Shown piece after piece: positions 1-12,811 of a stretch of DNA of 33,987 bases (position 1 is the stretch's first letter; the number at the start of each line of letters is the position of its first letter). The notes beneath the pieces were generated by a model that searched no databases, was not told where the DNA came from, and saw only the letters and a program-made list of their open reading frames with translations. The stretch is from Nemertoderma westbladi (Eukaryota; Animalia; Xenacoelomorpha), in contig JAUCBJ010000405.1 of the NCBI GenBank assembly GCA_032718475.1, positions 1 to 33,987 on the forward strand. The letters are read 5' to 3'. Both the position numbers and the translations under genes were made by a program.

Positions 1-620
1 CCAGACCATCTAGAGAGCGCTGTAAACTTCGGCAGTTGTAGAAAGCAAACAATATTATCCGCTTATAAAAGCAAAAATACACGTAACATACAGTACCTAA
101 AAGCTCACCATCTGATTAATTTGAAGCTAATTCACTTTCTAAATCATTTACAAATAGTGAAAATAAAATTGGAGATAAACATTCTCCTTGTCTTGCCCCT
201 AATAAACCATCAAAACTATCTGAAATATTACCGTTAAAACGCACCATAGATTTTACATTAGAATAAAAACTTTTAATTAGATAAACAGTTTCCCAGAGAA
301 CCCTAAATTAGATAATTTTAACCACAAAGCATATCTGTTTACAGTATCGAATGCTTTTTGGAAGTCGATAAATGCACAGTAGAGCCTATTCTTTTTACCA
401 ACGGTGAGATCGATTAGTGATTTCAAAATAAATATTTAATCCGAAGTTGGTCTACCGACCCTAAACCCTCCTTGTGCTTCCACAATAGTGCCAAAACGAT
501 CAGACCACCCCGGCCCTAAACCCTCCTTGTGCTTCCACAATAGTGCCAAAACGATCAGACCACCATTGCAACCTATTATCGATAATAGAAGTCTACAGCT
601 TACCTAATATAACAATCAAG
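1..620 (-). pseudogene. Degraded non-LTR (LINE) reverse transcriptase fragment, running off the left edge
   Basis: Manual minus-strand translation gives RT motifs in order: LGKL*TSIIDNRL, IVEAQGGFR, LYCAFIDFQKAFDTV (~340-387), GARQGECLSP (~171-200) and LLL*ADNI (degenerate YADD, ~52-75), with stops and frameshifts. Confidence 0.85.
459..564. repeat. 51-bp direct duplication (459-509 and 514-564) inside the LINE fragment
   Basis: CCCTAAACCCTCC...CAGACCACC occurs twice with a 55-bp period. Confidence 0.9.
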
Positions 621-650
621 ACAATGTTGGTCAAACATCTTAGGCAAAGT

Positions 651-1407
651 TTAGATAGATAGATTTATTTATACATTATGTAAAAACAATAACAAATACA
701 CCAAACAATGTACCGGTATAAAGGTATTGTCCAACATAACATATAGGATTACCCCTAAAGCTTTGCAGCTTATTTCCAAGGGGGTCCTTTATGTTACTTG
801 GTTACAAATGAAATATTACACTACGCTAACCTAAAACCAATATAAAACATAATTACACTATGTGTAAGTACATGTACAACTTTACCGAGAGCGTGACAAT
901 GCCCGACTCAACGATAAATATGTAATGTACAGAACAATTTATTATAAAACGTAATTACAGTATAAATAGTAAATAATTAATAAACTAATAACTTACTGTA
1001 GGACTATTGTACCTATTTTTACATTGCACACGGAGGTGAGATTTAACTGCAGATTTAAAAGAATGTTGATTATTTAGGTTTTTAATTTCATTAGGCAGAG
1101 CGTTACAATTTTTAATACCGTTAAAAAAGAAGGTATCAGATTCGAAGGATTTACAATTCGGGAGGTAGAAGTTTGAAGCACTAGCTCTGGTACTGTAAGA
1201 GTGTGTATCGCGTACTCTGTTGAATTTTTGTTTTAGGTAATTGGGACATTTACCATTATACACTTTATGCACATGGTTAAGGCGTAGCTGCTTAACTCTA
1301 CTATCTAAGTTAAGTAGTCCAGATTCAGAAAAGTCATCTGGAGTTAGGTGGTGCCTAGGTTTGTAGTCTTTAATAAATCGTACTACTTTATTCTGAGCTA
1401 CTTGTGG
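651..1407 (-). mobile_element. 5'-truncated LINE (CR1/L2-group-like): ORF2 C-terminus, 3'UTR and simple-repeat tail
   Basis: ORF 985-1272 extends upstream in frame to QVAQNKVVRFI. It contains HSYSTR...F.LP...(W>C)NALP..IK....FK, typical of CR1/L2 ORF2 ends. Minus-strand tail ATAAATAAATCTATCTATCTAA at ~651-672. Confidence 0.75.
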
Positions 1408-1477
1408 GGCGAGCCACGAAGTTGGCGGAGCCTTAGCGAATTGACACTGTTAGGGGGTGGGTCAATTTATGCAAATA

Positions 1478-1484
1478 GTTGTCG

Positions 1485-1546
<62 letters not shown>

Positions 1547-1551
1547 GTCGT
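1478..1551. repeat. (GTC)n microsatellite
   Basis: About 24 GTC/GTT trinucleotides read directly. Confidence 0.97.
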
Positions 1552-2785
1552 TACGATTTTGACATGCTAATAACTTTGTCGGATTTAAAGCTGCCAAGTT
1601 GAAAATTTGTAGGTATCAATAAGAGCAAAAGTTGAGATTTTTGAGAGACTTTCAGACACCATCAGTGCAATGGTCTCCCGCTAGAGGGCCACATGTCTAA
1701 ACATTAAATGCCCTCCCATTTCTTTGCTTTTAATCCGTTTAAGCTGAAACTTGGCAGATATGTATTAGACCATTAGCTATGACTTTCAAAGGAGGCGAAT
1801 CCATCTGCAGTTCTCCAGTCTGCCGCTAGAGGGCCAAAGGTCTGAAAGTGAAATCGTTGTCGTCGTTACGATTTTGACATGCTAATAACTTTGTCGGATT
1901 TAAACTGCCAAGTTGAAAATTTGTAGGTATCAATATGAGCTAAAGTTGAGATTTTTGAGAGACTTTCAGACACCATCAGTGCAATGGTCTCCCGCTAGAG
2001 GGCCACATGTCTAAACATTAAATGCCCTCCCATTTCTTTGCTTTTAATCCGTTTAAGCTGAAACTTGGCAGATATGTATTAGACCATTAGCTGTGACTTT
2101 CAAAGGAGGCGAATCCATCTGCAGTTCTCCAGTCTGCCGCTAGAGGGCCAAAGGTCTGAAAGTGAAATCGTTGTCGTCGTTACGATTTTGACATGCTAAT
2201 AACTTTGTCGGATTTAAACTGCCAAGTTGAAAATTTGTAGGTATCAATATGAGCTAAAGTTGAGATTTTTGAGAGACTTTCAGACACCATCAGTGCAATG
2301 GTCTCCCGCTAGAGGGCCACATGTCTAAACATTAAATGCCCTCCCATTTCTTTGCTTTTAATCCGTTTAAGCTGAAACTTGGCAGATATGTATTAGACCA
2401 TTAGCTGTGACATTCAAAGGAGGCGAATCCATCTGCAGTTCTCCAGTCTGCCGCTAGAGGGCCAAATGTCTGAAAGTGAAATCGCTGTCGTCGTTATGAT
2501 ATTGACATGCTTATAACTTTGTCGAATTTAAAGCTGCCAAGTTGAAAATTTGTAGGCATCAATATGATCAAAAGTTGAGACGTTTGAGAGACTTTCAGAC
2601 ACCATCAGAGCAATAGTCTCCTGCTAGAGGGCCACATGTCTAAACGTTAAATGTCCTCCCATTTCTTTGCTTTTAATCCATTTATGCTGAAATTTGGCAG
2701 ATATGTAATAGACCATAGGCTGTGGCTTTGTAGGGAAACTAATCCTTCCTTCTTCAGTTACCCAGTCTCCCGCTAGAGGGTTAAC
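1545..2785. repeat. Four tandem ~314-bp units, each a dimer of diverged ~145 + ~169 bp subunits
   Basis: TTACGATTTT (TTATGATATT in the fourth copy) recurs at 1551, 1866, 2180 and 2494. CCGCTAGAGGG occurs twice per unit. The fourth unit is more diverged. Confidence 0.95.
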
Positions 2786-3010
2786 GTTTTCCGGGAAAAT
2801 CTTCTCCTATGTTTTTATAATCCTTTCGAGTTGATACTTAGCATTAACTCATTTCACGTGCTGCGCGAAGGCCCCACTTCGTGTAATTTACATTTAAGCT
2901 GTTTGGTTAAGCCTTCATACCAAGAAGAGCATGCATAGTCCATGTGACACTGTATTAAAGAAGAGCAAAGTAACTTGCGGGAGTCGGTGTTTAAACTATC
3001 CTAAGCCTAC

Positions 3011-4149
3011 TTAACAACGGGACTAATAGGGATATCTCGTAACAACGGGACTCAATGGATATCTCGTAACAACGGGACTCAAGGAATATATCTCGTAACA
3101 ACGGGACTCAGGGATATTTTGTCTCAACGGGACTCATAAGGGGATATCAGGGATATCTCGTCTCAACGGGACTCATAGGGATATCTCGTAACAACGGGAC
3201 TCATAGGGATATCTCGTAACAACGGGACTCATAAAGGATATCTCGTAACAACGGGACTCATAAAGGATATCTCGTAACAACGGGACTCAGGGATATCTCG
3301 TAACAACGGGACTCATAGGGATATCTCGTAACAACGGGACTCAAGGAATATATCTCGTAACAACGGGACTCAGGGATATTTTGTCTCAACGGGACTCATA
3401 AGGGGATATCAGGGATATCTCGTCTCAACGGGACTCATAGGGATATCTCGTAACAACGGGACTCATAGGGATATCTCGTAACAACGGGACTCATAAAGGA
3501 TATCTCGTAACAACGGGACTCATAAAGGATATCTCGTAACAACGGGACTCAGGGATATCTCGTAACAACGGGACTCATAGATATATCTCGTAACAAGGGG
3601 ACTCAGGGATATCTCGTAACAACGGGACTCATAGGGATATCTCGTAACAACGGGACTCATAAAGGATATCTCGTAACAACCGGACTCATAAAGGATATCT
3701 CGTAACAACGGGACTCAGGGATATCTCGTAACAACGGGACTCATAGGGATATCTCGTAACAACGGGACTCATAAAGGATATCTCGTAACAACGGGACTCA
3801 TAGGGATATCTCGTCTAAACGGGACTCATAAAGGATATCTCGTAACAACGGGACTCAGGGATATCTCGTAACAACGGGACTCATAGGTATATCTCGTAAC
3901 AACGGGACTCTGGGATATCTCGTAACAACGGGACTCAGGGATATCTCGTAACAACGGGACTCATAAAGGATATCTCGTAACAACGGGACTCAGGGATATC
4001 TCGTAACAACGGGACTCATAGGGATATCTCGTAACAACGGGACTCATAAAGGATATCTCGTAACAACGGGACTCATAGGGATATCTCGTCTAAACGGGAC
4101 TCAGGGATATCTCGTAACAACGGGACTCATAGGGATATCTCGTAACAAC
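3011..4149. repeat. Minisatellite A, 26-29-bp unit GGGATATCTCGTAACAACGGGACTCATA
   Basis: About 40 tandem copies; an internal block with variant units repeats at ~3081 and ~3343. Confidence 0.97.
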
Positions 4150-6606
4150 TATAGCGGTGGCGAGATGAGAAACAAAAGTTCAGCGGTGGTGAGATGAGAA
4201 ACAAAAGTATAGCAGTGGCGAGATGAGAAACAAAAGTATAGCGGTGGCGAGATGAGAAACAAAAGTATAGCGGTGGCGAGATGAGAAACAAAAGTATAGC
4301 GGTGGCGAGATGAGAAACAAAAGTATAGCGATGGCGAGATGAGAAACAAAAGTATAGCGGTGGCAAGATGAGAAACAAAAGTATAGCGGTGGCGAGATGA
4401 GAAACAAAAGTATAGCGATGGCGAGATGAGAAACAAAAGTATAGCGGTGGCGAGATGAGAAACAAAAGTATAGCGGTGGCGAGATGAGAAACAAAAGTAT
4501 AGCGATGGCGAGATGAGAAACAAAAGTATAGCGGTGGCGAGATGAGAAACAAAAGTATAGCGGTGGCGAGATGAGAAACAAAAGTATAGCGATGGCGAGA
4601 TGAGAAACAAAAGTATAGCGGTGGCGAGATGAGAAACAAAAGTATAGCGGTGGCGAGATTAGAAACAAAACTATAGCGGTGGCGAGATGAGAAACAAAAG
4701 TATAGCGGTGGCGAGATGAGAAACAAAAGTATAGCGATGGCGAGATGAGAAACAAAAGTATAGCGGTGGCGAGATGAGAAACAAAAGTATAGCGGTGGCG
4801 AGATGAGAAACAAAAGTATAGCGGTGGCGAGATGAGAAACAAAAGTATAGCGGTGGCGAGATGAGAAACAAAGGTATAGCGGTGGCGAGATGAGAAACAA
4901 AAGTATAGCGGTGGCGAGATGAGAAACAAAAGTATAGCGGTGTCGAGATGAGAAACAAAGGTATAGCGGTGGCGAGATGAGAAACAAAATTATAGCGGTG
5001 GCGAGACGATAAACAAAAGTATAGCGGTGGCGAGACGAGAAACAAAAGTATAGCGGTGTCGAGATGAGAAACAAAGGTATAGCGGTGGCGAGATGAGAAA
5101 CAAAAGTATAGCGGTGTCGAGATGAGAAACAAAGGTATAGCGGTGGCGAGATGAGAAACAAAAGTATAGCGGTGGCGAGATGAGAAACAAAAGTATAGCG
5201 GTGGCGAGATGAGAAACAAAAGTATAGCGGTGTCGAGATGAGAAACAAAAGTATAGCGGTGGCGAGATGAGAAACAAAAGTATAGCGGTGGCGAGATGAG
5301 AAACAAAAGTATAGCGGTGTCGAGATGAGAAACAAAAGTATAGCGGTGGCGAGATGAGAAACAAAAGTTTAGCGGTGGCGAGATGAGAAACAAAAGTTTA
5401 ACGGTGGCAAGACGAGAAACAAAAGTTTAGCGGTGGCGAGACGAGAAACAAAATTATAGCAGTGGCGAGATGAGAAACAAAAGTATAGCGGTGGCGAGAT
5501 GAGAAACAAAAGTATAGCGGTCGGTGCGGTGGCGAGATGAGGAACAAAAGTATAGCGATGGCGAGATGAGAAACAAAAGTATAGCGGTGGCGAGATGAGA
5601 AACAAAGGTATAGCGGTGGCGAGATGAGAAACAAAAGTATAGCGGTGGCGAGATGAGAAACAAAAGTATAGCGGTGGTGGCGAGATGAGAAACAAAAGTA
5701 TAGCGGTGGCGAGATGAGAAACAAAAGTATAGCGGTGGCGAGATGAGAAACAAAAGTATAGCGGTGGCGAGATGAGAAACAAAAGTATAGCGGTGGCGAG
5801 ATGAGAACAAAAGTATAGCGGTGGCGAGATGAGAAACAAAAGTATAGCGGTGGCGAGATGAGAAATAAAAGTATAGCGGTCGGTGCGGTGGCGAGATGAG
5901 GAACAAAAGTATAGCGATGGCGAGATGAGAAACAAAAGTATAGCGGTGGCGAGATGAGAAACAAAAGTATAGCAGTGGCGAGATGAGAAACAAAAGTATA
6001 GCGGTGGCGAGATGAGAAACAAAAGTATAGCGGTGGCGAGATGAGAAACTAAAGTATAGCGGTGGCGAGATGAGAAACAAAAGTATAGCGGTGGCGAGAT
6101 GAGAAACTAAAGTATAGCGGTGGCGAGATGAGAAACAAAAGTATAGCGGTGGCGAGATGAGAAACAAAAGTATAGCGGTGGCGAGATGAGAAACAAAAGT
6201 ATAGCGGTGGCGAGATGAGAACAAAAGTATAGCGGTGGCAAGATGAGAAACAAAAGTATAGCGGTGGCGAGACGAGAAACAAAAGTATAGCGGTGGCGAG
6301 ATGAGAACAAAAGTATAGCGGTGGCGAGATGAGAAACAAAAGTATAGCGGTGGCGAGATGAGAAACAAAATTTAGCGTTGGCGAGATGAGAAACAAAAGT
6401 ATAGCGGTGGCGAGATGAGAAACAAAAGTATAGCGGTGGCGAGATGAGAAACAAAAGTTCAGCGGTGGTGAGATGAGAAACAAAAGTATAGCAGTGGCGA
6501 GATGAGAAACAAAAGTATAGCGGTGGCGAGATGAGAAACAAAAGTATAGCGTTGGCGAGATGAGAAACAAAACTATAGCGGTGGCGAGATGAGAAACAAA
6601 AGTATA
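4149..6606. repeat. Satellite B, 29-bp unit AAAAGTATAGCGGTGGCGAGATGAGAAAC (segment 1)
   Basis: Tandem array read directly. Confidence 0.98.
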
Positions 6607-8197
6607 TTTATTTATTTTATTTATTTATTTATGCCAGGCAAAGAACACCCATATCACATTGATTTAAACAACAGACATAATGATTAACAAATTATAATAA
6701 TATAGCTAGGTATGGTGGGGTGGGGCCCCGAGCAGGGAAGCACAAACTGCAATGAATAAAGAAAATCAATACAAAACAAAACAAAATAAACAAAATAACA
6801 AAACAAAACAAAATAAACGATTTGGACCTCCTAATGGCTGTCCAAGGAACACCGACCAATCAGACGGCTCGTCTGGAACGTCACCATGGCCACACTCTGC
6901 ACAATACTATTCTGAGACGAGTTCACGCGATGCAACAGTGATACCCGCGCATTGTGAAGGACATGAATGAGTTTCGGCAGATTTAATGCACCACACATGT
7001 ATGATACACTAGAGTCATACCGAAATCCAAACAATTTTCTAATTATATTGTTGTAGGCCACCCTAAACTTGTTGTACGTTGCAATGGAGTAATTACTTCG
7101 AGCCCACAACGAGCTGCAATAAACTTGCGTACAAAATGAGCGAAAAAGTTTCACTTTAACGTCCCGAGAACTGTAGCTGAATTTACGAATGAGGAAATTA
7201 CCCCTACGATATAAACTCGATAGCTGATTTAGAATGTCATAATTGTCATCGGTGGTAGAGTGAAATATATGACCTAAGTACTTAAATTTTGTAACTGTCT
7301 CAATAGCCTTACCATTTATCGATATATATTTAACTAAATCGTTGTTACTAGATTTCGGTATGTATCGCATAAACTTAGATTTCTTCATATTAATCACAAT
7401 AGAGTGCCTGTCGGCATAACTCGTGAAAGTGTCAATCAACTTATTTAAACCAGCTATCGAGTTTGATGCTAAAGATAAGTCATCAGCATACAAAAGATGA
7501 TTTGATCTCTTATTATTTAATTTACAACCTACGTTTGTATTAGTTAACTCTACACTTAAGTCGTCCATATATATAGCATAGAAGTAGGCCGATAAAATAC
7601 CCCCTTGTTTCGTGCCGTTAGTGACTGCAAACGAGTTAGATATACAACCCCCCCATCGTATACTAAGAACTTGAAACCGGTACCAATATCGAACTATCCT
7701 AATGTAAAACAGAGGAATGTTACGTTTAATTAATTTATCAAATAACTTGTAATGGTTAACCAGATCGAAAGCCTTTGAGGAATCTATGAAACATATGTAC
7801 ACCGCACTGTCATTTTCTAAATAGTATTGTATGGTTTCTTTTAAAGCGAAAACGCATAATTCAGTACCTAAATTACTTTTAAATCCAAACTGAGAGTCTG
7901 TAGTATTCAGTTTAGAACTGAAACGTTCAAGCATAACTAGCTCCAAAACTTTGCTACTTATAGTTGCAAGGGCTATGCCTCTATAATTATCAAAATGTGT
8001 GATATCATCATTTTTGTCCTTCACGATGGGCAAAATATTGCATAGCATGAACTCGTCATTCATATGACCATGAACATTGAAAGTACTGTACAGAGCCGCC
8101 AGGCGGCGGAACAGACGCGCGGTGCCATGGATATAGTGTTCGCTGGACAGACCATCAGGTCCAATTTTTCCGGGAGACAACCTACCTACAGCAACAG
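6607..8197 (-). mobile_element. 5'-truncated LINE inserted in satellite B
   Basis: (TAAA)n tail at 6607-6632, 3'UTR to 6830, and an open RT frame up to the 8197 junction. TATA flanks both sides (6603-6606 and 8199-8202). Confidence 0.93.
6831..8197 (-). CDS. Non-LTR retrotransposon ORF2: RT domain plus C-terminus (5' partial, endonuclease missing)
   Basis: Uninterrupted frame with GPDGL, YRGIAL..SKVLE, QFGFK, FIDSSKAFDLV, GTKQGGILS, LLYADDL (YADD at 7479-7490) and FKYLG. The upstream part of ORF 6831-8717 is only translated satellite. Confidence 0.9.
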
Positions 8198-11100
8198 CTA
8201 TAGCGGTGGCGAGATGAGAAACAAAAGTATAGCGATGGCGAGATGAGAAACAAAAGTATAGCGGTGTCGAGATGAGAAACAAAGGTATAGCGGTGGCGAG
8301 ATGAGAAACAAAAGTATAGCGGTGGCGAGACGATAAACAAAAGTATAGCGGTGGCGAGACGAGAAACAAAAGTATAGCGGTGTCGAGATGAGAAACAAAG
8401 GTATAGCGGTGGCGAGATGAGAAACAAAAGTATAGCGGTGTCGAGATGAGAAACAAAGGTATAGCGGTGGCGAGATGAGAAACAAAAGTATAGCGGTGGC
8501 GAGATGAGAAACAAAAGTATAGCGGTGGCGAGATGAGAAACAAAAGTATAGCGGTGTCGAGATGAGAAACAAAAGTATAGCGGTGGCGAGATGAGAAACA
8601 AATGTATAGCGGTGGTGAGATGAGAAACATAAGTATAGCGGTGGCGAGATGAGAAACAAAAGTATAGCGGTAGCGAGATGAGAAACATAAGTATAGCGGT
8701 AGCGAGATGAGAAACATAAGTATAGCGGTTGCGAGATGAGAAACAAAAGTATAGCGGTGGTGGCGAGATGAGAAACAAAACTATAGCGGTGGCGAGATGA
8801 GAAACAAAAGTTTAGCGGTGGCGAGATGAGAAACAAAAGTTTAACGGTGGCAAGACGAGAAACAAAAGTTTAGCGGTGGCGAGACGAGAAACAAAATTAT
8901 AGCAGTGGCGAGATGAGAAACAAAAGTATAGCGGTGGCGAGATGAGAAACAAAAGTATAGCGGTGGCGAGATGAGAAACAAAAGTATAGCGGTCGGTGCG
9001 GTGGCGAGATGAGGAACAAAAGTATAGCGATGGCGAGATGAGAAACAAAAGTATAGCGGTGGCGAGATGAGAAACAAAAGTATAGCAGTGGCGAGATGAG
9101 AAACAAAAGTATAGCGGTGGCGAGATGAGAAACAAAAGTATAGCGGTGGCGAGATGAGAAACTAAAGTATAGCGGTGGCGAGATGAGAAACAAAAGTATA
9201 GCGGTGGCGAGATGAGAAACTAAAGTATAGCGGTGGCGAGATGAGAAACAAAAGTATAGCGGTGGCGAGATGAGAAACAAAAGTATAGCGGTGGCGAGAT
9301 GAGAAACAAAAGTATAGCGGTGGCGAGATGAGAACAAAAGTATAGCGGTGGCAAGATGAGAAACAAAAGTATAGCGGTGGCGAGACGAGAAACAAAAGTA
9401 TAGCGGTGGCGAGATGAGAACAAAAGTATAGCGGTGGCGAGATGAGAAACAAAAGTATAGCGGTGGCGAGATGAGAAACAAAATTTAGCGTTGGCGAGAT
9501 GAGAAACAAAAGTATAGCGGTGGCGAGATGAGAAACAAAAGTATAGCGGTGGCGAGATGAGAAACAAAAGTTCAGCGGTGGTGAGATGAGAAACAAAAGT
9601 ATAGCAGTGGCGAGATGAGAAACAAAAGTATAGCGGTGGCGAGATGAGAAACAAAAGTATAGCGGTGGCGAGATGAGAAACAAAACTATAGCGGTGGCGA
9701 GATGAGAAACAAAAGTATAGCGGTGGCGAGATGAGAAACAAAAGTATAGCGATGGCGAGATGAGAAACAAAAGTATAGCGGTGGCGAGATGAGAAACAAA
9801 AGTATAGCGGTGGCGAGATGAGAAACAAAAGTATAGCGGTGGCGAGATGAGAAACAAAATTTAGCGTTGGCGAGATGAGAAACAAAAGTATAGCGGTGGC
9901 GAGATGAGAAACAAAAGTATAGCGGTGGCGAGATGAGAAACAAAAGTTCAGCGGTGGTGAGATGAGAAACAAAAGTATAGCAGTGGCGAGATGAGAAACA
10001 AAAGTATAGCGGTGGCGAGATGAGAAACAAAAGTATAGCGGTGGCGAGATGAGAAACAAAAGTATAGCGGTGGCGAGATGAGAAACAAAAGTATAGCGAT
10101 GGCGAGATGAGAAACAAAAGTATAGCGGTGGCAAGATGAGAAACAAAAGTATAGCGGTGGCGAGATGAGAAACAAAAGTATAGCGATGGCGAGATGAGAA
10201 ACAAAAGTATAGCGGTGGCGAGATGAGAAACAAAAGTATAGCGGTGGCGAGATGAGAAACAAAAGTATAGCGATGGCGAGATGAGAAACAAAAGTATAGC
10301 GGTGGCAAGATGAGAAACAAAAGTATAGCGGTGGCGAGATGAGAAACAAAAGTATAGCGATGGCGAGATGAGAAACAAAAGTATAGCGGTGGCGAGATGA
10401 GAAACAAAAGTATAGCGGTGGCGAGATGAGAAACAAAAGTATAGCGATGGCGAGATGAGAAACAAAAGTATAGCGGTGGCGAGATGAGAAACAAAAGTAT
10501 AGCGGTGGCGAGATGAGAAACAAAACTATAGCGGTGGCGAGATGAGAAACAAAAGTATAGCGGTGGCGAGATGAGAAACAAAAGTATAGCGATGGCGAGA
10601 TGAGAAACAAAAGTATAGCGGTGGCGAGATGAGAAACAAAAGTATAGCGGTGGCGAGATGAGAAACAAAAGTATAGCGGTGGCGAGATGAGAAACAAAAG
10701 TATAGCGGTGGCGAGATGAGAAACAAAGGTATAGCGGTGGCGAGATGAGAAACAAAAGTATAGCGGTGGCGAGATGAGAAACAAAAGTATAGCGGTGTCG
10801 AGATGAGAAACAAAGGTATAGCGGTGGCGAGATGAGAAACAAAAGTATAGCGGTGGCGAGACGATAAACAAAAGTATAGCGGTGGCGAGACGAGAAACAA
10901 AAGTATAGCGGTGTCGAGATGAGAAACAAAGGTATAGCGGTGGCGAGATGAGAAACAAAAGTATAGCGGTGTCGAGATGAGAAACAAAGGTATAGCGGTG
11001 GCGAGATGAGAAACAAAAGTATAGCGGTGGCGAGATGAGAAACAAAAGTATAGCGGTGGCGAGATGAGAAACAAAAGTATAGCGGTGTCGAGATGAGAAA

Positions 11101-12811
11101 CAAATGTATAGCGGTGGTGAGATGAGAAACATAAGTATAGCGGTAGCGAGATGAGAAACATAAGTATAGCGGTAGCGAGATGAGAAACATAAGTATAGCG
11201 GTTGCGAGATGAGAAACAAAAGTATAGCGGTGGTGGCGAGATGAGAAACAAAACTATAGCGGTGGCGAGATGAGAAACAAAAGTTTAGCGGTGGCGAGAT
11301 GAGAAACAAAAGTTTAACGGTGGCAAGACGAGAAACAAAAGTTTAGCGGTGGCGAGACGAGAAACAAAATTATAGCAGTGGCGAGATGAGAAACAAAAGT
11401 ATAGCGGTGGCGAGATGAGAAACAAAAGTATAGCGGTGGCGAGATGAGAAACAAAAGTATAGCGGTCGGTGCGGTGGCGAGATGAGGAACAAAAGTATAG
11501 CGATGGCGAGATGAGAAACAAAAGTATAGCGGTGGCGAGATGAGAAACAAAAGTATAGCAGTGGCGAGATGAGAAACAAAAGTATAGCGGTGGCGAGATG
11601 AGAAACAAAAGTATAGCGGTGGCGAGATGAGAAACTAAAGTATAGCGGTGGCGAGATGAGAAACAAAAGTATAGCGGTGGCGAGATGAGAAACTAAAGTA
11701 TGGCGGTGGCGAGATGAGAAACAAAAGTATAGCGGTGGCGAGATGAGAAACAAAAGTATAGCGGTGGCGAGATGAGAAACAAAAGTATAGCGGTGGCGAG
11801 ATGAGAACAAAAGTATAGCGGTGGCAAGATGAGAAACAAAAGTATAGCGGTGGCGAGACGAGAAACAAAAGTATAGCGGTGGCGAGATGAGAACAAAAGT
11901 ATAGCGGTGGCGAGATGAGAAACAAAAGTATAGCGGTGGCGAGATGAGAAACAAAATTTAGCGTTGGCGAGATGAGAAACAAAAGTATAGCGGTGGCGAG
12001 ATGAGAAACAAAAGTATAGCGGTGGCGAGATGAGAAACAAAAGTTCAGCGGTGGTGAGATGAGAAACAAAAGTATAGCAGTGGCGAGATGAGAAACAAAA
12101 GTATAGCGGTGGCGAGATGAGAAACAAAAGTTCAGCGGTGGTGAGATGAGAAACAAAAGTATATCGGTGGCGAGATGAGAAACAAAAGTATATCGGTGGC
12201 AAGATGAGAAACAAAAGTATAGCGGTGGCGAGATGAGAAACAAAATTTAGCGTTGGCGAGATGAGAAACAAAGTATAGCGGTGGCGAGATGAGAAACAAA
12301 AGTATAGCGGTGGCGAGATGAGAAACAAAAGTTCAGCGGTGGTGAGATGAGAAACAAAAGTATATCGGTGGCGAGATGAGAAACAAAAGTATATCGGTGG
12401 CAAGATGAGAAACAAAAGTATAGCGGTGGCGAGATGAGAAACAAAACTATAGCGGTGGCGAGATGAGAAACAAAAGTATAGCGGTGGCGAGATGAGAAAC
12501 AAAAGTATAGCGATGGCGAGATGAGAAACAAAAGTATAGCGGTGGCGAGATGAGAAACAAAAGTATAGCGGTGGCGAGATGAGAAACAAAAGTATAGCGA
12601 TGGCGAGATGAGAAACAAAAGTATAGCGGTGGCGAGATGAGAAACAAAAGTATAGCGGTGGCGAGATGAGAAACAAAAGTTTAGCGGTGGCGAGATGAGA
12701 AACAAAAGTATAGCGGTGGCGAGATGAGAAACAAAAGTATAGCGGCGGCGAGATGAGAAACAAAAGTATAGCGGTGGCGAGATGAGAAACAAAAGTATAG
12801 CGGTGGCGAGA
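8198..12811. repeat. Satellite B, segment 2
   Basis: Same 29-bp unit; ends at the CGAGA target-site duplication. Confidence 0.98.

Larger units (their letters stand above)
1404..2893 (+). mobile_element. Putative non-autonomous Helentron-associated (HINE/DINE-1-like) element with internal tandem repeats
   Basis: Short subterminal inverted repeat GTGGGGC (1404) / GCCCCAC (~2871); 5' hairpin GCCA-CGAAGT-TGGC; (GTC)n microsatellite; 314-bp tandem array; 3' hairpin TGTAA-T-TTACA. This order of modules matches HINE architecture. Confidence 0.5.

Noticed and set aside
1348-1602. Arg-rich protamine-like ORF
   Set aside because: The poly-Arg comes from the (GTC)n microsatellite, and the ORF start lies antisense within a LINE fragment.
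3011-12811. CRISPR-like array (repeat length ~29 bp)
   Set aside because: Units are head-to-tail with no unique spacers, there are no cas genes, and the context is eukaryotic.
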